50,542 nucleotides of DNA from Candidatus Nomurabacteria bacterium CG1_02_43_90. Its GTDB lineage: Bacteria > Patescibacteriota > Minisyncoccia > Phycocordibacterales > UBA1550. Location: positions 1 to 50,542 of the forward strand of contig MNVN01000015.1 in the NCBI GenBank assembly GCA_001871765.1, in the 5' to 3' direction. Shown piece after piece: positions 29,565-38,339 of the stretch; position 1 is the first letter of the stretch, and each line of letters begins with the position of its first letter. The translations under genes were made by a program, and so were the position numbers. The notes under the pieces were generated by a model that worked only from the letters and a program-made list of their open reading frames with translations, was not told the DNA's origin and searched no databases.

Positions 29565-29888
29565 ATGAGGAACGAAATAGTTATAGTGTGGATTCTGTTG
29601 TATGCGGTGTACCTGCTGTTGGTAATTTTTTTGGCAGTAAGTTTCTTGAGGCGCTATCTTTCCCGCCGTAGAAAAATCCTATGGGGCAGACCGGATGGTA
29701 AATTGTTTGAAGGAGGGATAAACTTGTGGAGGGTCATGCCTGCAGATATGTTTTACGCTTCTTTAGAACAACGTGAAAAATGGGTATGGGAGGATTCTTT
29801 TCACGAGATTTTTTCGCCGGATAGTGGTATTCCTCAAGTAACAAATCCGGTGCATGCAAGAATAACCTTTTTTACCCGGCAAAGATAA
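29565..29888 (+). CDS. Hypothetical single-TM protein (orphan)
   Basis: TTGACA-17-TATGGT at 29461-29489, SD AGGAG, N-terminal TM, downstream terminator. Confidence 0.65.
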   Translation: MRNEIVIVWILLYAVYLLLVIFLAVSFLRRYLSRRRKILWGRPDGKLFEGGINLWRVMPADMFYASLEQREKWVWEDSFHEIFSPDSGIPQVTNPVHARITFFTRQR

Positions 29889-29892
29889 AAGC

Positions 29893-29913
29893 AGCCCTTC
29901 GGGGCTCTTTTTT
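29893..29913 (+). terminator. Intrinsic terminator
   Basis: AGCCC-ttcg-GGGCT-CTTTTTT. Confidence 0.7.
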
Positions 29914-29923
29914 GAAAATAGCA

Positions 29924-31024
29924 ATGAAACAACAAATTAAAAAATCAAAAGGAAAAGTCTTTGTGGGTATGTCGGGTGGTGTAGACAGCTCCGTGTCCGC
30001 GGCACTGCTTCAAAGAGAGGGGTATGAAGTTATTGGTGTTTTTATGAAGGTGTGGCAACCGGATTTTTTACCCTGCACCTGGCGCGAGGAACGTCTTGAC
30101 GCAATGCGGGTGGCGGCGCATTTGGGCATACCGCTCCTCACCTGGGATTTTGAAAAGGAATACAAAGAGGGAGTAGTGGACTATATGATCCATGAATATC
30201 GCAGAGGGCGCACCCCAAACCCTGATGTGATGTGCAACCGCGAAGTAAAGTTCGGTGCCTTTTCCCGCCGTGCGATACAAGAGGGTGCAGACTTTGTGGC
30301 GACGGGGCATTATGCAAGGGTAGTCAAGAGTCAACAGTCAATAGTCAATAGCAAATACAAACTACTGAAAGGGGTTGATTCTACGAAAGATCAGGCATAT
30401 TTTTTATGGACCCTTAAACAAGAGCAACTTTCAAAAACGTTATTTCCGATTGGAAAATATAAAAAAACAGAGGTACGGGTATTGGCAAAAAAGTTTAACC
30501 TCCCCGTTGCAGAAAAAAAAGACAGTCAGGGCCTCTGTTTTATGGGCAAACTCGACATGAAAGATTTCCTTGCTCATTATATAAAAGAAAAAGAGGGGAG
30601 TGTTTTGAATGAAGCAGGTGAGATCATTGGTACGCATCGCGGGGTATTTTTCTATACGCTCGGTGAACGACATGGTTTTTCTGTTTTACAAAAAAAAGCA
30701 GAAGATATGCCTTATTATGTTGTCGCAAAAGACTTCAAGAACAATACGCTTACGGTAACTCATCAAGAAAAAAGAGTTTCGGTGTCTGCAATGCAAGAGG
30801 CCCAAGTTTCAGAGATTAGTTTTTGTAAAGGAATAGTTCCGGACGCTAGTCATTTTTATACCGCACAGGTACGCTATCACGGTGCCTTTTATCAGTGCAA
30901 AATTGTACTTGTAAGTGAGGGTTGTTCCTCGGTTCATTTTGAAAAACCGGTTACCGTAGATGCAGGACAATCAGTAGTTTTTTATCATGAAGATGAATGT
31001 CTCGGTGGAGGGATTGTTGCATAA
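29924..31024 (+). CDS. mnmA: tRNA 2-thiouridine(34) synthase
   Basis: MSGGVDSSV, TPNPDVMCN, ATGHYAR, KDQAYFL, DSQGLCF, GQSVVFY. Confidence 0.97.
   Translation: MKQQIKKSKGKVFVGMSGGVDSSVSAALLQREGYEVIGVFMKVWQPDFLPCTWREERLDAMRVAAHLGIPLLTWDFEKEYKEGVVDYMIHEYRRGRTPNPDVMCNREVKFGAFSRRAIQEGADFVATGHYARVVKSQQSIVNSKYKLLKGVDSTKDQAYFLWTLKQEQLSKTLFPIGKYKKTEVRVLAKKFNLPVAEKKDSQGLCFMGKLDMKDFLAHYIKEKEGSVLNEAGEIIGTHRGVFFYTLGERHGFSVLQKKAEDMPYYVVAKDFKNNTLTVTHQEKRVSVSAMQEAQVSEISFCKGIVPDASHFYTAQVRYHGAFYQCKIVLVSEGCSSVHFEKPVTVDAGQSVVFYHEDECLGGGIVA
30321..30355 (+). repeat. In-frame 7-nt tandem repeat inside mnmA
   Basis: TAGTCAA GAGTCAA CAGTCAA TAGTCAA TAGCAAA. Confidence 0.75.
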
Positions 31025-31079
31025 GAAACTTTTTTCATAGAAGTATTATTGACAATGTTACTTTTGTCAAAGAGCATAA

Positions 31080-31367
31080 GAGGTCCTCCTCTTATGCTTA
31101 GCGCACGTAGACCTTACTGCTGAAAAAGACCTTGGTTTTCTTCAAGCGAAAGGTTTACAGGATAAAACCGCTCACGACGGGAATGACGAAGTTTTTAAAT
31201 TCTTGAGAAACATAGATCAAGAGAGTAGCAGGGTTCTCTTGAATTCATCCCAGGATAGAATGAAGGTACTTTGGGCATTTACCCAAGATATTTCCTGTAT
31301 TACTTGGGGAGTCGATGCAACTGCTTTTGCAATGAAAGCCATTGAACACGAGCGTAGGGCTCGCTAG
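31080..31367 (+). pseudogene. 95-codon open frame without an in-frame upstream ATG
   Basis: Open from 31080 to TAG 31365-31367 (..VDLTAEKDLGFLQAKG..AIEHERRAR*); ATG 31094 is one base out of frame; terminator hairpin at 31377-31410. Confidence 0.4.
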
Positions 31368-31452
31368 AGATATTCCAACTCCATACTTTTCAAAAAAAGC
31401 ATGGAGTTTTTCTATTTCAACTTTATTGAGAATATGCGATAATCAACCTAAT

Positions 31453-32316
31453 ATGAGTTATGGAGAAAAACATAATGATACGGTGTGGGTTATAAAGACT
31501 TCGGGAGAGCGTCAACCTTTTTCTCTTACCAAGCTTCGGCGGTCCCTTGTGCGGTCTGGGGCAGACAGCGAAACAGTTGAGCGAATCGTTGACCATATTA
31601 TCCCGGAGCTTCATAACGGCATGCGCACTTCTGCAATTTACAAACATTCCTACTCGATTCTAAAAAGAAATAAATATCCTGTTGCAATTCGCTACTCGCT
31701 CCGTAAAGCAGTTATGGAACTTGGCCCAAGTGGCTTTCCTTTTGAAAAGTTTATTGCAGAAATATTACGAGTAAAAGGCTACACAGCACGAACAGGGGTT
31801 ATCCTCCCTGGGTTTTGCGTATCGCACGAGGTCGACGTCCTTATGGAAAAAGCTGACCGACATATTTTTGTTGAGTGTAAATTTCATAACCAACAAGGCA
31901 TAAAAACTGACGTAAAAGTTGCCCTCTATGTGCATGCGCGATTCCTTGATTTACAAAAGGGACATGACCTAAAGGAAGCAGGGAGCGTTCCTCGTGTGCA
32001 CGAAGGGTGGTTGGTGACCAATACAAAACTTACGAGTGACGCAATCCAATATGCAAACTGTGCCGGTCTTACGATTATTGGTTGGGACTACCCAGAACAA
32101 GGCAACCTGCAAGACCTTATTCTTGAAACGGGCGTACACCCCCTTACGTTTTTGTCGACATTAAGCACTCACGAAAAAATGGCACTTCTTGGGAAAGGGG
32201 TTGTTCTCTGCAGTGACCTTAAAAAGGACAACACCCACTTAAAAGCAATCGGTATCTCAGACGACCAAATAAAGAAGGTGGTAAATGAGATTGACCGTGT
32301 ATGCCAAGAATTTTAA
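31453..32316 (+). CDS. ATP-cone plus Mrr-like PD-(D/E)XK restriction-endonuclease-fold protein
   Basis: VIKTSGERQPFSLTKLRRSL (ATP cone); GFPFEKF, HEVDV..VECKFH, LVTNTKLT..AIQYA. Confidence 0.85.
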   Translation: MSYGEKHNDTVWVIKTSGERQPFSLTKLRRSLVRSGADSETVERIVDHIIPELHNGMRTSAIYKHSYSILKRNKYPVAIRYSLRKAVMELGPSGFPFEKFIAEILRVKGYTARTGVILPGFCVSHEVDVLMEKADRHIFVECKFHNQQGIKTDVKVALYVHARFLDLQKGHDLKEAGSVPRVHEGWLVTNTKLTSDAIQYANCAGLTIIGWDYPEQGNLQDLILETGVHPLTFLSTLSTHEKMALLGKGVVLCSDLKKDNTHLKAIGISDDQIKKVVNEIDRVCQEF

Positions 32317-32346
32317 TTTATTGGGGTTATTTGTTATAATAAACTA

Positions 32347-32829
32347 ATGCTGATTACTGATATTATTACCGTCGATACGTGGGTGCTGATTTTGAAACTT
32401 GGTGCAGCACTTTTTTTGGGTATGTCATTGGGGATTGAGCGTGCTCTTGCAGGAAAAACTGCGGGGATGCGTACGTATGGACTTGTTACACTCGGCTCGG
32501 CGTTGTTTGTTATTATGGGAATTCTTGCATCAGGCGGATATCATAACAATGTCCCTTCCTTCGCAGATTCTTCTGCGCGTATAACAGCAGCGATTATTCA
32601 AGGAATTGGTTTCATTGGAGCAGGACTTATCATTTTTAAGGGCTCGAAAGTGAGTGGTGTTACTACTGCGGCGGGGGTATGGGTTGCTGCAGGTATTGGT
32701 GTGTCTATTGGTTATGGATTTTATGTTTTGGCGATTATTACGACAATCTTTACACTCTTTGTTTTTACCGGTCTTTGGTATATTGAAAACAAAGTAAGAT
32801 CTCTTGCCCATCTTTTGCACGACGACTAA
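32347..32829 (+). CDS. MgtC/SapB family membrane protein (N-terminal domain only)
   Basis: LGIER..KTAGMRTYGLV, RITAAIIQGIGFIGAG, GVTTAAGVW. Confidence 0.92.
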   Translation: MLITDIITVDTWVLILKLGAALFLGMSLGIERALAGKTAGMRTYGLVTLGSALFVIMGILASGGYHNNVPSFADSSARITAAIIQGIGFIGAGLIIFKGSKVSGVTTAAGVWVAAGIGVSIGYGFYVLAIITTIFTLFVFTGLWYIENKVRSLAHLLHDD

Positions 32830-32849
32830 TCGTTGATTACTAAGCCGAC

Positions 32850-32945
32850 ATGATGTACCTTATTTTATTCGTGACGATCTTACTTTTTGTGATTATTGCA
32901 AAGGATCTTTCCGTGCACAAGAACAAGAAAAATAAAAAAATATGA
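32850..32945 (+). CDS. 31-aa single-TM peptide (not in ORF track)
   Basis: MMYLILFVTILLFVIIAKDLSVHKNKKNKKI*; its TGA overlaps the next ATG (ATGA at 32942-32945). Confidence 0.55.
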   Translation: MMYLILFVTILLFVIIAKDLSVHKNKKNKKI

Positions 32946-33448
32946 GCAAAAACTCAGAACTCCATAAAAAGATTTGTGCAGTAAATCTTTACCAAAAAAG
33001 TGCACTTGAATACGGTGAGACATACCGGGAGCATTTCCTTGAACAATATAAAGTTGCAATCGAAGGTCTTGATTATACGAGCAAATGGAAACATATTGTT
33101 AATAACTATTTTTTAACTATTCATACCGCACTCCTTGCGGGGATCAGTCTCTCTGTTACCCGCACCGATATGTCGCTCGCGATTCTTACGCACGACGTCA
33201 TCCCTTTTGTGGGGGCAGGGATAGCTCTTTCTTGGTTCATCACGATCCGTGGGTATAACGAGGTTCTTGCGACGAAGTTTTCAATACTACATTGTATTGA
33301 AACAGAACTTCCTTTAGCACTGTATGCTACTGAATGGGAGATTCTCAATGCTTCATATAAAAACCCTCACCGTGCCGCGCGCATCGACCCACTCGTACCC
33401 CTCTTCTTTGTGATTTTCTATATCGCTATTTTCCTTTTTGTAAAATAA
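32942..33448 (+). CDS. RipA-like small membrane protein (probable oligomeric pore family)
   Basis: FLEQYK..VNNYFLTIHTAL..W..IRGYNEVLATKFSILHCIETELPLALYATEWEIL resembles that family's pattern; three hydrophobic segments. Confidence 0.7.
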   Translation: MSKNSELHKKICAVNLYQKSALEYGETYREHFLEQYKVAIEGLDYTSKWKHIVNNYFLTIHTALLAGISLSVTRTDMSLAILTHDVIPFVGAGIALSWFITIRGYNEVLATKFSILHCIETELPLALYATEWEILNASYKNPHRAARIDPLVPLFFVIFYIAIFLFVK

Positions 33449-33466
33449 GTGGTATGTATATACAGT

Positions 33467-35239
33467 ATGAATTCTAAAGAAATCAGATATAAATTTCTCC
33501 TCTTTTTTGAGAAGCACGGACATGCAATTGTTCCGTCCGCGCCTCTTGTTCCCGAGAATGACCCCTCGGTCCTTTTTAATACTGCAGGTATGCAGCCACT
33601 TGTCCCGTACCTCATGGGGACGCCTCACCCGAGCGGAAAGCGTCTTGCGAATATTCAGAAATGTGTGCGAACGCAAGATATTGACGAGGTTGGCGACAAA
33701 ACCCACGATACCTTTTTTGAAATGCTGGGGAACTGGTCACTTGGCGATTATTTCAAAGAAGACGCTATTAAGTGGAGCTTCGAGTTCTTAACCTCAAAAG
33801 AAGAAGGTCTTGGCCTTGATCCTGCCCGTTTATATGTGACGGTTTTTGAGGGTAACGATGATGCACCACGTGACACCGAAGCATTTGAAATATGGAAAAA
33901 GTATATGCCCGAGAGTCATATTTACTTTATGTCCGCCAAGTCGAATTGGTGGAGCCCCGGCGACAATGGTCCTTGTGGCCCTGACACGGAGATGTTCTAT
34001 GATGTTACCAAAGATGGTCTTGGTGATATGTCCAAAGAGCAGTACATGTCCGCAGATGACCGACAAGAGGTTGTTGAGATTTGGAATGACGTATTTATGG
34101 AATATGAGAAAGAAGACGGTAAGGTGGTTGGGAAGCTTGCGATGAAGAACGTGGATACAGGGTCGGGCCTCGAACGTGTTGTAATGGCAATACAGGGGAA
34201 AGATAACGTTTTTGATACTGATCTCTTTGCTCCTACTATGGAGAAAATCAAAGAGTTAACAGGAGGAGAGATTGTGAATCTTCGCGCACAGCGTATCGTT
34301 GCGGATCATGTACGTACTTCAACAATGATGATTGCCGATGGTGTACACCCTTCGAACACCGACCAGGGCTATATTTTGCGCCGTCTACTCCGTCGCGCAG
34401 TACGTTACGGGGACATGTTGGGTATTCGCCCGGGAGCACTTGTTGACCTTGTTCCTGTTATTGCAGACAAATATCGAGGAGTGTACGAAAACGTTGGTGG
34501 ACAACTTCCTCTCATTGTTGAAGAAATTCGCGGGGAAGAGGAAAAATTCAGAAAGACCCTTGAGCGAGGAATGAAGGAGCTCGCAGTCCTTTTCAACCAA
34601 GGAACAATTACCGCAGAAGATGCATTTAAACTTTTTTCCACCTACGGTTTCCCGATAGAGATGACCGAGGAAATTGCGGGCGAAAAAGGAGTCAAGGTTG
34701 ATCGTAATGGTTTTGATATTGAGTTCAAAAAACACCAAGATCTTTCTCGTGCAGGTGCAGAACAGAAGTTCAAAGGAGGACTTGCCGACAGTAGTGAAAA
34801 GACAACCGCACTCCACACGGCGACACACCTCATGCTCGCAGGGTTGCGCAAATATTTAGGGAATGAAGTGCATCAAGCGGGTTCGAATATTACGGAAGAG
34901 CGTTTGCGCTTTGATTTTAACTATCCTCAAAAAGTTGAGCGTGAAATTCTCGATAACGTAGAAGCATATGTGAATGAAGTAATTGAAAAAAGATGTATTG
35001 TTGATAAGGCGCAGATGAAAAAAGAGGAAGCACGATCTCGTGGTGTTGAGGGGAGTTTTTGGGAAAAATATCCTGAAGAGGTTACGGTCTATACCGTCAA
35101 AGATGGCGCGTCTGTCTACTCACAGGAGCTTTGTGGAGGTCCTCATGTGGAAAAAACTGAAGGTATGGGCAAATTTAAAATAGTAAAAGAGGAGGCGTCG
35201 TCTGCGGGTATCCGTCGGATCAAGGCAGTGCTTGAGTGA
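33467..35239 (+). CDS. alaS: Alanyl-tRNA synthetase, C-terminally truncated (590 aa)
   Basis: LFNTAGMQP, FFEMLGNWS, GPCGPDTE, VDTGSGLER, HTATH, ELCGGPH; ends GIRRIKAVLE. Confidence 0.96.
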   Translation: MNSKEIRYKFLLFFEKHGHAIVPSAPLVPENDPSVLFNTAGMQPLVPYLMGTPHPSGKRLANIQKCVRTQDIDEVGDKTHDTFFEMLGNWSLGDYFKEDAIKWSFEFLTSKEEGLGLDPARLYVTVFEGNDDAPRDTEAFEIWKKYMPESHIYFMSAKSNWWSPGDNGPCGPDTEMFYDVTKDGLGDMSKEQYMSADDRQEVVEIWNDVFMEYEKEDGKVVGKLAMKNVDTGSGLERVVMAIQGKDNVFDTDLFAPTMEKIKELTGGEIVNLRAQRIVADHVRTSTMMIADGVHPSNTDQGYILRRLLRRAVRYGDMLGIRPGALVDLVPVIADKYRGVYENVGGQLPLIVEEIRGEEEKFRKTLERGMKELAVLFNQGTITAEDAFKLFSTYGFPIEMTEEIAGEKGVKVDRNGFDIEFKKHQDLSRAGAEQKFKGGLADSSEKTTALHTATHLMLAGLRKYLGNEVHQAGSNITEERLRFDFNYPQKVEREILDNVEAYVNEVIEKRCIVDKAQMKKEEARSRGVEGSFWEKYPEEVTVYTVKDGASVYSQELCGGPHVEKTEGMGKFKIVKEEASSAGIRRIKAVLE

Positions 35240-35315
35240 CAAGGTCTTGTCAAGTATATACTTATAAGTGCTTTGACACTTTGTACCTTGTCTTAGAGAG
35301 TTACATACTCCGACT

Positions 35316-35460
35316 CCGAATGAAATGCAGGGTCTGGCTGGTGCTGGGCTCGGTGGAACAATGGATATCCCAAGCCTCATATGATCACGTCGTATCCGAG
35401 GACTGCTCGGACACCGAAACACCTACAAGGTACAGAAGCAAGCCGGCATTGCTTGCAATT
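35316..35460 (+). ncRNA. Candidate structured ncRNA (possibly 6S-like)
   Basis: GC-rich intergenic stretch after TTGTAC-17-CATACT; pairings TGCAGG/CTTGCA, GGTGCTGG/CCGGCATT, TCGGTG/CACCGA, TCCGAG/CTCGGA. Confidence 0.4.
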
Positions 35461-35497
35461 GAACTTCAAGATACCATCGTGCTATACTATAAGCACG

Positions 35498-36712
35498 ATG
35501 GTATTTTCTTTTTTTAATAAAAACGCCGAAGATAAAACGCTAGTACTTCTTGTTGATATCGGGTCGGCAAGCGTAGGATGTGCGCTCGTAAGGAGAAAAG
35601 AAGGGGGGATTTCGCAGGTGCTCGCCACGACACGAACAGAACTTCATTTTCAGGAATCACTTTCATCAGCAAAGTTTCTTTTGGCAATGAACCACGCATT
35701 AGAGCGGGCTCTTAAGGCAATGCAGATAAAGACAAGAGAAATATCTCTTGATAAGGGAAAAGCAGAGATAGTTTCCCCTGCGTATATTTTTTGCACACTC
35801 TCATCACCGTGGTTCATTTTGAAAAACCGCCATATTCAGCTTGTCCGTGATAATCCTTTTGAAGTTAACAGAGAAATGCTTGATAATCTTTTAGATAAAG
35901 ATATTGAACTTTTGAAAGAAGAAATAAAGGAAACATTACCCCTTAAGGACATGGTAATTATCGAGAAGAAGATTATTCAAATGAAGTTAAATGGGTATGA
36001 AATAAAAAATCCCTATGGGCAAAAAACTTCGCAGATGGACATTATTGTGAATGTTGGGATTTCCTCAGGAAGAGTAGTTCAAAGTATTGAGCAAAAGATT
36101 AGCCAGTTTTTTCACTCTCCTCTGATACACTTCGGGGCCTTTCCCGTAGCTGCGTTTAGTGCGATACGGGATATGTTCCCCTCTGAAAAGAGTTTTATTT
36201 TCCTCGACATTACAGGAGAAGCAACAGACGTTTCTTTTTCCGCAAACGATATTCTTATGGAGACAACGTCTTTTCCTTATGGAAAAAACTTTTTTATTCG
36301 CAAACTGTCAACCAGCCTTCATACTCCGCACGAAGAAGCAGGTACGCTTTTTTCTATGTTCCTTCGTAAAGAACTTCCTCCTGATCAGCAAATTCTTGTC
36401 GAGAGTACTGTTGCTGAGGCAGAGAAAGAGTGGAGTAGTCGTTTTGGAAAATCAATCAACATGCTTTCTCGAAATGGGGTAATCCCGCGAAAGGTATTTT
36501 TTACTACTGACGTTGATCTGACTCCTTTTTTTTCAAGATTGATTACGAAAGAAAAGACAGAACTTTTATTAAATGAATCTTTTGAGGTACAATATATCAA
36601 CCAGCCTCTTGTGGCAAACTTTATTTCATTCGCCCCAGAAGTTTCCCGAGATTCTTTTTTGGTGATTGAAGCGTTACTCGTTGAAAAAATAATACACTCG
36701 TCTCAACTATAA
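35498..36712 (+). CDS. FtsA/PilM-like actin-fold protein
   Basis: LLVDIGSASVG (phosphate 1) and FLDITGEATDVS..SFPYGKNFF (phosphate 2); start at MVFSFF. Confidence 0.75.
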   Translation: MVFSFFNKNAEDKTLVLLVDIGSASVGCALVRRKEGGISQVLATTRTELHFQESLSSAKFLLAMNHALERALKAMQIKTREISLDKGKAEIVSPAYIFCTLSSPWFILKNRHIQLVRDNPFEVNREMLDNLLDKDIELLKEEIKETLPLKDMVIIEKKIIQMKLNGYEIKNPYGQKTSQMDIIVNVGISSGRVVQSIEQKISQFFHSPLIHFGAFPVAAFSAIRDMFPSEKSFIFLDITGEATDVSFSANDILMETTSFPYGKNFFIRKLSTSLHTPHEEAGTLFSMFLRKELPPDQQILVESTVAEAEKEWSSRFGKSINMLSRNGVIPRKVFFTTDVDLTPFFSRLITKEKTELLLNESFEVQYINQPLVANFISFAPEVSRDSFLVIEALLVEKIIHSSQL

Positions 36713-36716
36713 CCAC

Positions 36717-38078
36717 ATGAAAGATATCAATCCAAAATCAATGAATGGCATCATCCCTCCCCGTCATGGGGGTTTTCATAAAGAAGTAATGACGCAGGAT
36801 ACGCACAGTAGCCCCGTTGCCGTCGATCCTTTAGAAAAGAAAGGAGACCGCATTGAGAGCAACCCATTTTTTGAAAAGGGGTGGACCAAGAATGTTGAGC
36901 AGAAGAATGTTTTCAACCAAAAAAGAAAAATAGGCACACGCCCTATGATTTGGTTTTTAATATTCCTCCTTATTTCTGGGGTTGGTTTTGGGATTTCAAA
37001 TTATTTTTCTTCCGCACTCGTTACCATTAACCCAACGAAACGAAGCGTAACGATCAACTCAGATTTTATGGCAATAAAAGAGGGAACTCCCGGTGATCTT
37101 ACTTTTAAAACAATGAGTATTCAGGAAGAAGAATCAAGAGACATTCCCGCAACTCTTGATAAGAAAATTCAAAAAAAAGCTTCAGGGAGAGTAATTATCT
37201 ATAATGCATATAGTGGCGAACAACAGCGGCTCATTAAAAACACTCGCCTCGAATCGCTCGATCATAAGATTTTTCGTATAGATGAATCGGTCGTTGTTCC
37301 TGGAGCAAAGATGGTTAATGGAAAGGTTGGCCAACCGGGTGCTATTGAAGCTGTCGTTTATGCTGATGTTCCCGGCAAAGAATACAATATTGGACTCTCT
37401 GACTTTACTATTCCTGGGTTCAAGGGTGACCCTCGCTATTCGAAATTTACGGCACGTTCTAAACCAGAAGCCCCTCTTCTTGGCGGTTTTTCTGGTGCAG
37501 TAAAAGTTCCTTCTGATGAAGCTATTGTTGCTGCTCAAGAAGATATCAAGCAGAATCTTAAAAATACCGCAATCGAAAAAGCGCGTGCGCAAGTACCACC
37601 AGAAGTGTCATTTTTCCCAGGGAGTATGATTCTAAAATTTGAGGAAGTTCCTCAAGAGTTTAGTACAGAAAATACGATGAAAGTTGTTGTACGTGCAACT
37701 GTAACTGTCTTCTTTTTTAATACATCTCTTCTTGTTAAAAAGTTTACAGAAGCAGCATCTCTGGATACGCAAGGAGACTCGTATGAAGTGCCCTCTATTT
37801 CATCGCTCGTTTTCTCCTTTATTGACCCCATAGACGGTATGGTATTTTCAAACCTTACAAAAATACGCTTCCATGTCACGGGGAACATCTTATTCGTAGG
37901 AAAGATAGATGATAAAAAAATTCAGACGGTTCTTGCAGGGAAAGAAAAAAAAGACTTCGGGAAACTTATCGCGAATGAACGCAATGTAGCAAAGGCAGAG
38001 GCAGTTATTCGTCCGATGTGGAAGACCGTATTTCCACAAGATTCTGCAAAAATTGTGATTAAGGTTATTAGTAATTAG
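36717..38078 (+). CDS. Single-TM protein with baseplate-J-like beta domain
   Basis: TM then KASGRVIIYN..LIKNTRL..VVVPG..VYADVPGKEYNI..FTIPG..GGFSG. Confidence 0.65.
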   Translation: MKDINPKSMNGIIPPRHGGFHKEVMTQDTHSSPVAVDPLEKKGDRIESNPFFEKGWTKNVEQKNVFNQKRKIGTRPMIWFLIFLLISGVGFGISNYFSSALVTINPTKRSVTINSDFMAIKEGTPGDLTFKTMSIQEEESRDIPATLDKKIQKKASGRVIIYNAYSGEQQRLIKNTRLESLDHKIFRIDESVVVPGAKMVNGKVGQPGAIEAVVYADVPGKEYNIGLSDFTIPGFKGDPRYSKFTARSKPEAPLLGGFSGAVKVPSDEAIVAAQEDIKQNLKNTAIEKARAQVPPEVSFFPGSMILKFEEVPQEFSTENTMKVVVRATVTVFFFNTSLLVKKFTEAASLDTQGDSYEVPSISSLVFSFIDPIDGMVFSNLTKIRFHVTGNILFVGKIDDKKIQTVLAGKEKKDFGKLIANERNVAKAEAVIRPMWKTVFPQDSAKIVIKVISN

Positions 38079-38123
38079 TGGTTTGACTAGAGTCTCTTTT
38101 TTTGATACGATAAAAACTTACAA

Positions 38124-38339
38124 ATGGCAGAAATCGAAAAAGAGGAACTTATACAAGGAGAGGTTACAGAAGCGCTTCCTAGCGCAATGTTTCGAGTAGA
38201 ATTTTCTGATGGGCAGATCCTTCTTTGCTATCTAGCAGGAAAGATGCGTCTCCATCGTATTAAGGTGCTTATTGGAGACAAGGTCCTTGTAAAGATAGAC
38301 CCCTATGGAGGAAAGGGGAGAATCATTAAACGTTTGTAA
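38124..38339 (+). CDS. infA: Translation initiation factor IF-1
   Basis: GEVTEALPSAMFRV..GKMR..IKVLIGDKV..GRII. Confidence 0.96.
   Translation: MAEIEKEELIQGEVTEALPSAMFRVEFSDGQILLCYLAGKMRLHRIKVLIGDKVLVKIDPYGGKGRIIKRL

Noticed and set aside
36717-38078. Prophage or tailocin suggested by the baseplate-J-like domain
   Set aside because: No other phage structural genes; the protein has a TM anchor and sits among core genes
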